Below are positions 12,465 through 24,937 of a DNA stretch of 64,000 nucleotides, one piece after another. Under the pieces are notes generated by a model that was given only the letters and a program-made list of their open reading frames with translations, ran no database searches and was not told the DNA's origin. The DNA lies in NCBI GenBank assembly GCA_963514005.1, contig OY740781.1:118978001-119042000 (forward strand), read 5' to 3'. The position numbers were made by a program, and so were the translations under genes. The DNA is from Raja brachyura (Eukaryota). How positions within the stretch are numbered: the first letter of the stretch is position 1; every line of letters begins with the position of its first letter.

Positions 12465-13829
12465 ATTATTTTAAGAGGGACAAGCCCTTTACATCTCTAA
12501 TATTTTCCACATCTGACAATAAATTATCAATGGAAAATGTTAACACTGCTTCCTGACCTGCTGAGTAATTCCATGGCTTTATGATGTATAATTTCAATTT
12601 TACAGGGTCTACAATATTCAGCTTTTATATGAGTTAAAAAGAGGTCGTTTATGATCAAATTAGTTCTTCACATTGGACTTTATTAACCTTATTATGGACC
12701 TTATTAACAATATCTGTTTTGACTCAGCATTCAGGAGCAGTAATGTTCATTTTGGCTTGTGGCCTTTTCAAAAATACTTTTTGCAGATATAACTTAAGTA
12801 TTTCAGTTCACACTTTCAAGTCTGAGACACCATATCTATTTGAAGACCCCTATGGGTGAAGAACAAACCAGAGAATCTCCTGCAGTCATCTACCCAAACA
12901 AACAAAAGCCTGACACCAGTGTTTGGAAGAAATAGATAATAATATGTAGCTAAAATAATGACTGTAAACCAAATGATATAATACTGACACAAACAAAGAG
13001 GGAGAAATCATCTGACACTTAACTAAAACATTTGGTATGCAAAACACCCTGTTTCCAACATGTATCATGCACTAAATTGAGCATAAGAACATTCTGTTCA
13101 AAAAGAAATATGCATCAAATTATTCAATTCACTATTTTAATGGAAGCCTGAATCTGTTTATTTTAAATAAATTAAAGCCTTAATAGGGCAGAGAGCATGA
13201 AACAGTGGAGAGGACTTTCTTACAAGAATATTTTGTTTCTTCTGATTATATTTTTGTGCTAATGTCTTGCTTTTTTGCACAATCTACTTTCTTTTAGAAT
13301 TTTATGTTGTAAGCTATATATACTTACTGAATATTTTTTGTTTGTGTATTTGTCTTGAGTCTATGTGCTTGTGATGCTGTTGCAAGCAAGATTTATTTTC
13401 ATTGTAGCTGCACCTGTTATATGACAATGAACTTGATAAAACTTTATATATACAGGCTATGTTGGAGTATTTGGTTATTTGATTCCCCTTTATCATCAAC
13501 AGTAGAAAATCAAAGTCCATTTTATCAACTGGTATGAAAAATTAAGCTTAATGATAAATAAATGGAATAAAAGCTGAAAATTCTGGAAAGACACCACAGT
13601 GCAATCATTATTTACATAAATAAATGGCTTGTTAACATTTTGGGACTAGGTGTATCAGAAATCTGAAAAAAAGGATCAATGAAATTCAAAAACAGGCAAC
13701 AGATTATGAAGGAAGCAGATAGGTGACATTTGGGGTTGGGACCCTATTTCATTTACTCCAGCACTTTATGGTCTATGGAAGATTCCAGCTCTGCCGTTCC
13801 TTGTGTCTTCACGAGGATGTTGCCTGTGC

Positions 13830-14438
13830 TTGTTGGCTTGAGATAGAGGGAAGAGGTTGGATAGACTGGGACTCCTTTCCTTGGCGAGTAGGAGGATGGG
13901 TGTTGACCTTATTGAGATGTACAAGATCATAATGGGCATAGTCATACAGCATGGAAACAGGTTCTTTGGTCCAACTTGCCCAAACTGACCGAGGTGCCCC
14001 ATCTAAGCTAGTCCCATTTGCCTGTGTTACCCTATATCCTTCCAAACCTTTCTTAACCATGTAGCAGTCCAAATGTCTTTGAAATGTTGCAATTGTACTT
14101 GCCTCAACTACTTCCTCTGGCATGGATAAGGTGAATACTAACAACCTTTTCCCAGGGTAGTGTTCAAACATTAGATGGCACAGGCTTACAGCTAGATGGG
14201 AAAGATTTAAAAGGGACCTCAGGTGCAACTTTCTCACCCAGAGAGTCATTTGTATTTGGAAGGAGCTGCCAGAGGAAGCCATTGAAGCAAATATAATGAC
14301 AACTTTTAGAATATATTTGGACAGATATATGTACAGGAATGGTGTAGAAGGCAAATGGGATTAGCGCAATGTGCCAACTTGGTCAACATGGACGAGGTTG
14401 GCAAAGGATTTGGTTCCATATTATACATCTCTATTACT
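13830..14438 (+). mobile_element. CR1 LINE 3' fragment with an inverted CR1 tail nested at about 13941-14119
   Basis: LDRLGL...GDLIEMYKIIMGI-type sequence; the insert is flanked by ggcat. Confidence 0.7.
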
Positions 14439-14809
14439 AAGTCGCAGATTTATAACGTGTGCATTGTGAAGCAATTATCAGTTAAATATCCCTTTTTATT
14501 TATTCTGCTTTAATTTAATAAGTTAAAACATTTGTGATAGTTTATTTTTTTACACCGATTAACTTGTATTTTAATGGTTTGTAAATATCTCAGATCACAG
14601 AGATATTTAAAAAAATGTTCAAACCATTTAAGCAATGGCAGGGTTCACTTGAGTCTCACTTCTGTGTCAAAATCTACACACAAAGCTTGCTGATGACCGG
14701 TCACTAATCAGATCTTACTACTCGAAGAGCAAGACCAGCGTCTGCATCTGGCCCAGCTAATTGCATGTGTGCACGAACTTCAGGCAACAAGATCGGACTG
14801 TGTGTTAAC

Positions 14810-14975
14810 AATAGACAATTGACAATAGGTGCAGGTGTAGGCCATTCAGCCCTTCGAGTCAGCACCGCCATTCAATGTGATCATGGCTGATCATCCCCAA
14901 TCAGTACCCCGTTCCTGAGTTCTCCCCATATCCCCTGACTCCACTATCTTTAAGAGCCCTATCTAGCTCTCTCTT
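14810..14975 (-). mobile_element. CR1 3' end
   Basis: aataggtgcagg.gtaggccattcagcccttcgag, matching the reverse complement of the 3' end at 43090-43150. Confidence 0.75.
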
Positions 14976-15143
14976 GATCTGGTTGGACCCAACCAGATCC
15001 GCCCAATATGATTAGAACTTTTCCTCATATGTTTTGTGTGATTTTCCAGGTTTAGTGGTATGTGCTCAGCTAGGAAAAAGGAGCAGCACATTTCTTTCAA
15101 AGCTTTAAGCACTACAATTTTATTAGCAGTTATATATTATATC

Positions 15144-15348
15144 TGTAATGAGTTGAGTCAAACACATATCAGGATACAACACATGTTTATTAAATGTACT
15201 TACAGAATCAGTCTGCAGGACATAACAGTTCCTAGCAGCCACTCATACTGAATGGCGGAGGCAAATTCTTACTAATATAAAACGCATATTGGGCGGAGCA
15301 ACTACTAACAAGCATTACAATTGGCTGGTAGGAAATAACCAAACTACA
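15144..15348 (-). repeat. 3' LTR of the Gypsy element
   Basis: Direct repeat of 19052-19256 (16 substitutions by hand count, no indels); preceded on the - strand by purine tract AAGGAAAGA (PPT). Confidence 0.95.
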
Positions 15349-15454
15349 TCTTTCCTTGTAGAAACCAAAAAGAAAGCATTGGTACATAGAAACATGGTGG
15401 CTAAGCAATATAGGAAGCGGAACACTAATAACACATATGGGGCAGTTTATCTGG

Positions 15455-16700
15455 TTACTCAAAATCACCATATCTAATGAGTAGCCTGCTAACCCGTCCG
15501 GCACGTGTGTGGTATGAAGCCGCTTCACCTCCTTTCACGGGAGAAGATACCGGGGAGGGAACGCGAGATATGACCAGGGACCCGACGGGACGGGGAGGTG
15601 GTGACATAGGCGAGTGAGGCACCGAAAGCCGCGGGGTGGCCGCGGTGGAAACGGTCTCTGATAGTGGAGGTAATGGGAGGGAATACAAAACGCGAGACAT
15701 CTGGATATGGAGTCGCAGGACGTGGTTCCTTCACTGGAAGGATATGTTGACGGTTGCGTCTGTAAATGGCCTTGTCCGCTTCAACCAGATAAGAGCGCAA
15801 TTCTTTGGCAGGGCCGTGGATGTGACCCAGATGGCCTTAGCCCTTGTTGGTCTGGAGGCAAACCACGTGTCCACTGGTGAGAGGTTTAAGTGGCTTACTG
15901 GATTTGTCAAAAAAACGTTTCTGTGTATTGCATTTGAATTGCAGTTGTTTCGGGACTGCAGCCGGAGAACAAACTTGTGGCTGCAAAAGCTGCTGGGACA
16001 CAGGCAGGGGAGCACGGGTTTGGCGAAACATCAGTCGCTGGGCTGGGGAACCCAGTATGGGATCGCTTGCAATGTTCCTTAAGTTGAGCAGGTCTAGGTA
16101 GACATCCGATTTTGAAAGGTATGAACGCTCCATTAGTTGTTTTACGCTTCGGACGGCTCATTCGGCGAGTCCGTTGGACAGCGGAAACTCAGGGCTGCTG
16201 GTAATATGTCGGAGGTACCATCGTTTTGCAAAGTTTTTGAAAGACTGGCTGGTGAACTGTCTGCCGTTGTCAGACAGAAGACATGCAGTGGAGCTGTGCA
16301 CGGAGAACAGGCACTACAACTTTGCGATAACCGCTTCAGATGTAATGGCTTGGAGTAGATCTATGTCGAACCAGCCCGAATAAGAATCAACAAGAACCAG
16401 ATAGTGATTCCCATGCACTTCGAATATATCGGTGGCTAACGTGGACCACGGGAGTGGAGGAACCGGGTGGGGCAGTAAGGGCTGCTTCTGCTGATGTGGC
16501 GTCAGGCTTTTGCAGATGGCGCAGACTTCAGTTTTGTCACGTATGTACATGGTCATACCAGACCAGTAAAACATGCTTTGTACCCGTTGTAGGGTTGCCT
16601 CCATGCCGGGGTGGCCCCTGTGGATGGTGTCCATGCCGGGGTGGCCCCTGTGGATGGTGGAAGTACTCGTCTTGTCCTGTAACACCAGTTCGTCGTGAAC
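15455..16700 (-). pseudogene. Gypsy integrase remnant
   Basis: HRGHPG...CAIC zinc finger; PWSTLATDIF...YLVLVDSYSGW; SDNG; SNGLAE*AV; SPAQRLMFR; C-terminal TRAGR; several frameshifts. Confidence 0.9.
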
Positions 16701-16748
16701 CAGGAAGTATGGGCGAATCGCGAGCGGGGTGCTGTGTTGTTTATCCGG

Positions 16749-17723
16749 TCAGCCACGCCGGATGACTGCGGACAGCAATTGTAAAGTTTCGTCAGCAGCC
16801 ATTTGTTCTGCCAGGCTGCTCAAGCAATCAGTAGGAACATGCAATACCTTCATTACTGAGAACTGGTCCTGTTCAGAGAGTTGTTGTTCGCTGGTTTTGC
16901 GCAGGGCTCTTGATAGCGTGTCAGCTATGTGCATGTCCTTGCCTTTCTTATAGACACTGTTGAAATCAAACCACTGCAGTTGCATCATCATCCGTTGTAG
17001 GCAGGCTGGGGCAGCGTGAATGGGTTTATTCAAAATAGTGACCAGCGGCTGGTAGTCAGTTTCTACATTCACAGACTTCCCAAAAATAAAGTCCTTGAAT
17101 TTTGTGCAGGCGAAAACCACTGCGAGCAATTCTTTTTCGATCTGGGCGTAACGTTGGTCAGTGTCAGTTAGTGTGCGAGAGGCGTAAGAAACAGGCTTGC
17201 AGTCGCCATTGGTAGTGGTTTGCAGGCAAGCAGCGCCAAGTCTGCACTGGGACGCATCACAGGTGAGCGGCACTGGTAACTCCAAAGCAAAGTAGGTAAG
17301 AGTTGGCCTGAGGTGCTTGGACCACAGGAATGACGTTGGGATCAATGACAATGTGGTATTTGAGGGGCAACTTGCCAAGCTCAATGTTAAACAGTTCTTT
17401 GTATTGAGAGAGTACTTGCTGAGTGGGTCCCTCAGTGAGAAAGAGGTGATGGACAGCCCCGCCAAAGTATTGATATCGAGCAAAGTCTCTGAATTCCCCT
17501 TGACGATATAAAACATTAGGGTATGGGGCTGCGTGACTATGGTGTATTTTAAATTCGTCTGTGCAAGTAGGTGTATAACATCACCCCCGTAGGCCCGAAG
17601 CGTGGCCGAGGCCTTTTCAATACGTTCAGCATTACAAATGTTTTTAAACTCTGATGACGAGATGATGTTGCATTTCGCGCCCTTAACAACCTTGGCGATC
17701 ACAGATCTGTTGTTCACAAACAT
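16749..17723 (-). pseudogene. Gypsy protease remnant joined directly to RNase H
   Basis: AKVVKGAKCNII (decayed DTG motif), LRAYGG; LTCDAS...PVSYASRTLT...YAQIEKELLAVVFAC...ETDYQPL...IADTLSR; no YxDD-containing RT region between them. Confidence 0.88.
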
Positions 17724-17879
17724 GGTTACTTCAGGGTGAAGTTGCTCGTTAGACGAAGGGAGGAGAGAGTGGATGGCTGAACAATTATCTGTACTTACCT
17801 GTTATCTGTTAACAGAGAGCTGAGCGGGGGATGGCAAGTCAGGCTCTTGGTATTCGTTATCAGCAAGCTCATGTCGTAA

Positions 17880-18961
17880 CCTGTGCAGGCTCTGAGTCGC
17901 ACAGGAACTGCAACATCTTGCAAAGTGGTTTAATTTCTTGCAGAAATTACAGGTTTTACCATAAGCATTTTGCCATGTAATGGGCTGCCACCATTGTCTG
18001 CCATGTAATGGGCTGCCACCATTGTCTGCCATGTAATGGGCTGCCACCATTGTCTTACCATGTAATGGGCTGCCACCATTGTCTATTTATCCTTTTATCC
18101 TTTTTATCCATGCCTATCCTTCTGTTAATTTATCGTGTTGCACAGGGAACCAAATGCAACGTAATTTCGTTTGGAACTGCATATATCAATGTATTTCTAA
18201 ATGACAATAAAGTTTGTTTGACTTTTGACTTTTGAAGCAATACAGAACTGTCGACCCATAGCATGAAAATAGTTGCAATTAGGACATCGAGCAGCAGACA
18301 ATCTCTGCTGCCAGGCCGGGGATGGCTGGGAATGGCTGTTACGAGAGGAGGTGTCTGTAAGATTGACACTATACAGCGAACGTTGACCGGAGGACATAGA
18401 CTTAGTGTGAGAAGATGTTATCTCAGCAATCCGGCAGGTGTGCTCGGCTTGATTAAGGGTCAGGTCAGTGTTACGGATCTGTTCATCCCTTAACTTGCTA
18501 TCAAGCATACCTCCAACAATTTTGGCATGGATGAGTTCATCGCACGGATCACGAAACTGGCAGCGTGCAGTCATGTGTTTTAAGCCGCTGATAAAACGTT
18601 CAATCGGTTCATCAATCTGTTGCATACAAGCATAAAACTTGGTAGTTCAATAATGTAGTTTGAGGGCAGGCCACACAACTGCCTGAACTTTGCAAGTAAG
18701 ACGGCAGGGTCATCAATCGTCTCTGCAGGCACTAGGACCTGTCCATTTGCATCTAAAACGGCAGCCTCAAATGTGAAATTGCGGGCATGATTCATTCCCT
18801 CTGGGCCAGCTAAGTTGAGTAATACAGAAGCACGCACATCAGGAGGGTCGTTGCGATGAACGATGCGAACATAGTGAGTGTAGTCATGCTCGAAAAGACG
18901 CCAGCATTCAGCAGTGTCCGTCAAAGATCAGGGGACTAGGACAGCGAGATGAGTTTGCCAT
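17880..18961 (-). pseudogene. Gypsy gag remnant with CCHC zinc knuckle
   Basis: ATG at 18961; VLLNLAGPEG; QQIDEPIERFISGLKHMTARCQF; CNFCKKLNHFARCC; interrupted by the insertion at 17968-18234. Confidence 0.85.
17971..18083 (+). repeat. Tandem repeat, 4 x 28 bp (TGCCATGTAATGGGCTGCCACCATTGTC)
   Basis: Three exact copies and one variant, at the 5' end of a 267-bp insertion. Confidence 0.95.
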
Positions 18962-19033
18962 GATAGAGATAACTGGCACATAAACTATTTAAAAAAAAAC
19001 AAAAACCCGATAAACGTGAATGGAGTAGATAAG

Positions 19034-19051
19034 ACTCACTCTCTGACATCA
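19034..19051 (-). other. Primer binding site, probably tRNA-Leu type
   Basis: - strand TGATGTCAGAGAGTG directly after the 5' LTR resembles TGGTGTCAGAAGTG, the complement of a tRNA-Leu 3' end. Confidence 0.6.
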
Positions 19052-19256
19052 TGTAATGAGTCACGTCAAGCACATATCAGGATACAACCCATGTTTATTA
19101 AATGTACTTACAGAATCAGTCTGCAGGACATAACAGTTCCTAGTAGCTACTCATACTGAATGGCGTAGGCAAACTCTTGCTAATATAAAACGCATATTGG
19201 GTGGAGCAACAACTAACAAGCACTACAATTGGCTAGTAAGAAATAACCAATCTACA
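19052..19256 (-). repeat. 5' LTR of the Gypsy element
   Basis: Direct repeat of 15144-15348; AATAAA on the - strand. Confidence 0.95.
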
Positions 19257-20210
19257 ATATCCATGATGGAATGATGTTCTGCACTGATTTTGACGTAACG
19301 AATTGAAATCACTGTACTTGACAGAGGCAGTGTTCTACACTTGAGCAATCAAAGGTGGTATTTGTTTATTAAATATGGATATATTTTACATTCAGAAAGC
19401 TTCTTCCAATAGCCACCCCACCAATTCAACAATACATCCATGCTCCTTACAACTATGAACGCATCAACTATGCTATGCATAGTTGTCTAGAATGAATCAA
19501 TGAGGTTATGGGGAAAAGGCAGGAGAATTGGGTTAGTAGGGAGAGATAGATCAGCCATGAGTGAATGGCGGAGTAGACTTGATGGGCCGAATTGCTTACT
19601 TCTACTCCTATTGTTTGTGACCTTATGAAAATGCTGGACATGAAGTTTGGACTGAACATCAACTGTAAAGGAATTATGTTAGAAAATGCCAGCATTTAAA
19701 GTGGTTAGTTGCTGATCTATCATTCATCACAGTGTTTTACTGCTCCACAGCTGTTCTATGACTTCACGGAACCGCACAGCTTTGCTCAAGTCCTCTGAAT
19801 AATGGCAATCAGATCCATTTCTGTACGGTAGACAGCAGAGCTTGCATGAAGCAGCATCTATTATCACCACTGACTCACAGTCAATGACACAGACAACAGA
19901 TTTCGCAATATTGCAGCCAGTGCCTGCAGCAACTGTCATTACTGGAACTGGACCAGTCATCTCACAAGGACTTTAAAAATGTTATGATTTTGACAGCTGT
20001 GCCTCCTACATTCAAGAGTGCTGATCTCCAATGATCATCTGCTTGTTTCACTGCTGTGGCTGTCTACAGAATGGAGATGGAAGACTAAATAAAGCTTTAA
20101 AGTAAAAGCAAAAGAATCTGTTGACAAAAGAGAAGGAGCTAATGGGAATTCACATAACAAATTTTCGCTTCTCTCAGCGCAGCGCTTGTTTCCATAATTG
20201 GAGATAAATT

Positions 20211-20990
20211 CATAGAGTCATAGAGTGATACAGTGTGGAAACAGACCCTTCAGCCCTTCTTGCCCACACCGGCCAACATGTACCAGCTACACTCGTCCCA
20301 CCTGCCTATGTTCTCTGGTCCTCGAGACCCCCACTCTGGGCAAGAGATTCTGTGCATCTACCCGATTTTTTCCTCTCATTGATTTCATACACCTCCATAA
20401 TATCACCCCTCATCCTCCTGCACTCCAAGGAATAGAGACCCAACCTACTCAACCTCTTCCTACAGCTCAGACCCTCCAGTCCTGGAAACATCCTTGTAAA
20501 TCTTCTCTGAACCCTTTCATGCTTGACAATATCTTTCCTAAAACATGGTGCCCAGAACTGAAAATAATACTCCGTAATGCGGTCTCACCAATGCCTTATT
20601 CAACTGCAACATGATCTCCCAACTTCTATACTCAATGCTCTCACTGATGAAGACCAATGTGCCAAAAGTCTTTTTGACCACCTTATATTCCTGTGACTTG
20701 ACTTTCAAGGAACCTGCATTCCTAGATCCCTCTGCTCTACAACGCTCCGCAGAGTCCTACCATCCACTGTGTAGGTCCTGCACTTGTTAGATGTCCCAAA
20801 ATGCAACAACTCACATTTCTTTGTACTAAATTCCATCAACCATTCATCAGCCCGCCTGACCAATCGATCAAGATCCTGCTGCAATTTTTCACAACCATCT
20901 TCACTATCTGCAAAACCACCAATTTTGTAACATCAACAAACTTGCTAATCTTGCCCTATATGTTCTCATCCAAATCATCAATGTAGATGA
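20211..20990 (-). mobile_element. CR1 LINE 3' fragment
   Basis: MFPGLEGLS...RLGLYSLECRRMRGDIMEVY; (CTATGACT)n tail. Confidence 0.85.
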
Positions 20991-21679
20991 CATTATTGTA
21001 GATAAACACTTTTGTAGCAAATCAGTGCATTATTCTGCAAAACAATAACATATTATTGTTATTCATTTACTGCCCTTTACAACATTTGAATTGTGGAATT
21101 AAGCAAAGTTGGTGTCTTTGATGGATATTCCTGAAATGTGTTGTGTTGCATTCTACATTTAAATGAAGGATAAGACAGTATAATGCAAAAAATTATTACA
21201 TAAAGTATGTTTCTGAACAATAGCACTTGAGATAGACTGAGGAAGGATCAACCTATTCCAGGGAGGTACAAACAAATTGATCAACATACATTTCTGTCAA
21301 TGCTTTTTGCATAGCATGCCTTTCAATGTCATAGGAAACCAGAATAATATATATATTCAGGCATAGTTTATCCCAATCATCACCAGTCTTATGCAATGGA
21401 ATTTTCAATGAAGTGAGTGGATAAATTAGTCTATCTATTTAGAAATTTAGAAATTAGTCAAGAGAAACTTTGTTTCTTTACATTTTTAGGAGCGCATTCA
21501 AATAATCACGAATGAGCAATTTGTACATATATATTTCTATTTTCTAGAACCATTGGAAAATAATTTTAAAGATTATAGATAAACATAAGAAGGGCAGTTA
21601 AAGAAGGGAGAAATAATGGGTAGTTAAAATGTTCTGTGAGCAGCGTCTCCAGTGTACTCACATCTTCCAGTGTCGGACT

Positions 21680-23200
21680 GGAGTTGTACAGAGCACTTGA
21701 GCTGTTTATATGGTTTTTAGTATAACCCTCCTTCTCTTATACACTTTGCCTTGGAGTTTATATTCAAAAAATCCTCAAAGGAAGTGGACAGGTTGGTATA
21801 ATGGTTAAAAATACATTTCCAATGCTTTCCTTTTCTTGTTTGCCAAGAGTGAAGATATTTATGGACCATGGATCAATGGTGTGAAGATATCAATGATGAG
21901 TATAAACATGGCAATTAAAGTTCCTCAAAGCCGTCTCTAGTGCTATATATCATATAGTATGGTGCACCGTACAGTAACCCTGACCAAACTGGATTTTATA
22001 TTCCAGCATGACCTCTCTGCTCATATATACCCTGGGCCTCAACCAATAAAGCAAGACCTAAAATACCTCTTTACCACTCTTTATAGATTACTTATCTATT
22101 CCACCACTTTGTGGGATGAGTGGTCTAATGATTCTAAGGTACATCTGTCCTTCTGCACTTATTAGGATCTTGCAATGGATTGTGTGTTCTCTCACCTTGT
22201 CTGCCCTGCCCAATTATGGTTGCCTTATACGTTACTACATTTAATTTCTTTGCCACTTTTCAACCTCCTGAATAGTCCATTAATATCTTCCTGCAATCTA
22301 GAATTTTCTTCTGCAGTATCAACCATCATACCAATTTTGTTGATATCAGAAAGCTTCTCATTTGTCAACTGTACATTTATATTTAGGTATTTTATATTTA
22401 TCATGGCAAGCCAAGGTCTTATCACCGAACTCTGTGGAACCTCTCCTGTCACAAAAAAATCCTATTCACCATTACTCTTGGCTTTGGCCCACTGACTCTT
22501 GCTAAGCCTATCTCATTTGTCTGCATTTGGCCCACATCCCTCTAAACCTTTCCTATCCATATGTTTGTCCAATTGTCTTTTAAGCATTGTAATTGTTTCC
22601 ACCTCTACCACTTCTTCTGTCAGCTCATTCCACTTACCTCTCACTCTGTGTGAAAAACGTTCCCCTCACTTCCTCTGTAAATCTTTTCCCTCTTATCTTA
22701 AGCTTCTGAACTCTAATTTTAGGTGCTCATTCTTGTCATAGCAGAAAACGTGAGCATCCTCCTTATCTATTCCCCACATGATTTTATAAACCTCTAAATG
22801 AGTCACATGCAGACAGAGGAAATTAGCTTAACTTGGCATCATTTGCAGCACAGACATCGTGGGATGAAGCGCCCGTTCCTGTGGTGTACTGCTCTACGTT
22901 CCAGATTCTGTATAGTCCACCTATCAGGCTCCTTCCCTCCGAGACACCAATCACAACCTATTCAATATCTCCTTGTACCTCAAGCCCTCCAGTCCTGGTA
23001 ATATACTTGTTCGTCTTTTCTGTGCACTCTTAACCTTAATCACATCTTTCCTATAGCAGGGTGAACATAACTGCACACAGTTCTCCACACACAGTTAAAT
23101 CAATGTATTGCTCAGCTCTACCATGATGTCCCAACTCTCGTACTCAATGCCCTGACCAATGGAGGTAAGTGGGCCATCTGCCTTCTTCATTGTCCTGTAT
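21680..23200 (-). mobile_element. Old, fragmented CR1 sequence (several pieces)
   Basis: VPQSSVIRP...RLQEDIN (degenerate RT) plus CR1 tail pieces. Confidence 0.55.
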
Positions 23201-23327
23201 AAAGCTTTACACAGCATTTTACATGTTGTTTTTTTGTTTTCTTATTCTCTAAATTCTCTCAATATTTTATCAATATCATCCGCATATTGCCATGGCAAAC
23301 CTAGCTTCAACCTGTCAAAGATATTGA

Positions 23328-23364
23328 AGGTCTGAAGAAGGGTCTCGACCCGAAACGCCGCCTA
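23328..23364 (+). ncRNA. Minimal type I hammerhead ribozyme-like motif in a Penelope-like repeat (23328-23455)
   Basis: aggt CTGAAGA a GGGTC-tc-GACCC GAAAC gcc gcct: both conserved boxes, helix II, and helix I aggt/gcct; the cleavage triplet reads GCC here instead of GUH. Confidence 0.6.
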
Positions 23365-23839
23365 TCTCCTTCGCTCCTTAGATGCTGCTGCACCCGCTGG
23401 GTTTCTCCAGCCTTTTGTGTAACCCTCGATTCTCCAGCATCTGCAGTTCCTTCTTTAACAAAGATATTCTTCTTGCATTTTCCATGTACCTTTGGGGATG
23501 TATACTCCAAAGTAATCTCTAACTTCTCGGTAACTTAAAGCTAACCTGTCTCTTTTTTCCCATTTCTGATGAAGGGTTATCAACATTAAACATTTACACT
23601 GTATCTCTTTCACAGATGCTGCCTGATCTGCCAAGTGATTCCAGCATTTTTCCTGTCTATCATAGTTTTCCATCACCTGTAGTGTTGAGATTTTTGTGAA
23701 TTCTCATGTCGGGTTTCATTGTATGTTACTATTTGTAAAGTATGTTAAAGCATTAATGTCTCACAGTTCCGCCATGCACGATTCAATCCTGACCCTTGGA
23801 AATTGCACATTCTGTGTAGTAAGCCCCAGGTTTTAGTTT

Positions 23840-24935
23840 ATAGAAACATAGAAAATAGGTGCAGGAGGAGGCCATTCAGCCCTTCGAGCCAGCACCGCCA
23901 TTCATTGTGATCACGGCTGATCGTTCCCTATCAATAACCCGTGCCTGCCTTCTCCCCATATCCCTTGATTCCACTAGCCCCTAGAGCTCTATCTAACTCT
24001 CTCTTAAATCCATCCAGTGATTTGGCCTCCACTGCCCTCTGTGGCAGGGAATTCCATAAATTCACAACTCTCTGGGTGAAAAAGTCTTAAATGACCTCCC
24101 CTTTATTCTAAGACTGTGACTCGCCCAACATTGGGAACATTTTTCCTGCATCTAGCTTGTCCAGTCCTTTTATAATTTTATATGTTTCTATAAGATCCCC
24201 CCTCATCCTTCTAAACTCCAGTGAATACAAGCCTAGTCTTTTCAATCTACTGCACTGCCTCAATCACAAGGATGTCCTTCCTAAAATTAGGAGACCAAAT
24301 TTGTACACAATACTCCAGATATGGTCTCACCAGAGCCCTATACATCTGCAGAAGAACCTCTTTACTCCTAAATGAAATCCTCTTGTTATGAAGGCCAACA
24401 TTCATTAGCTTTCTTCATTGCCTGCTGTACCTGTAAGCCGACTTTCAGTGACCAGTGCACAAAAACGCCCAGATCTCGCTGCACCTCCCCCCTACCTAAC
24501 CTAACCCCATTGAGATAATAATCTGCCCCCTTGTTTTTGCCGCCAAAGTGGATAACCTCACATTTATCTATATTATACTGCATCTGCCACGCATCTGCCC
24601 ACTCACTCAACCTGTCCAGGTCCCCCTGCAACCTCCTAACATCCTCTTCACAGTTCACACTGCCAGCCAGCTTTATGTCATCCGTAAACTTGCTAGTGTT
24701 GCTCCAAATACCCTCTTCCAAATCATTAATATATATATGGTAAATAGTTGTGGCCCGAACACCGAGCCTTGCAGCACTCCACTCGCCACTGCCTGCCATT
24801 CTGAAAAGGACCCGTTCACTCCTACTCTTTGCTTCCGGTCTGCCAACCAATTTTCTATCCATGTCAACACCCTACCCTCAATACCATCTGCTCTAATTTC
24901 AGTCATCAGTCTCCCGCGCGGGACCTTATCAACGA
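23840..24935 (-). mobile_element. CR1 LINE 3' part with internal deletions
   Basis: WIENWLADRKQRVGVNG; YINDLEEG...KFTDDIKL...LQGDLDRLSEWADAWQMQYN; (CTATGTTT)n tail. Confidence 0.9.
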
Positions 24936-24937
24936 AA

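Larger units (their letters stand above)
15144..19256 (-). mobile_element. Ty3/Gypsy LTR retrotransposon, internally deleted (no reverse transcriptase)
   Basis: 205-bp LTRs with TGTA...TACA ends; 5-bp TSD ATATC at 15139-15143 and 19257-19261; domain order gag, protease, RNase H, integrase on the - strand. Confidence 0.95.

Noticed and set aside
16749-17723. 324-aa ORF as a functional protease-RNase H fusion gene
   Set aside because: The protease catalytic DTG is lost, the middle section is read out of frame, and the neighbouring gag and integrase are frameshifted
17971-18083. 28-bp repeats as a CRISPR array
   Set aside because: The units abut with no unique spacers, there are no cas genes, and the context is eukaryotic and inside a retroelement
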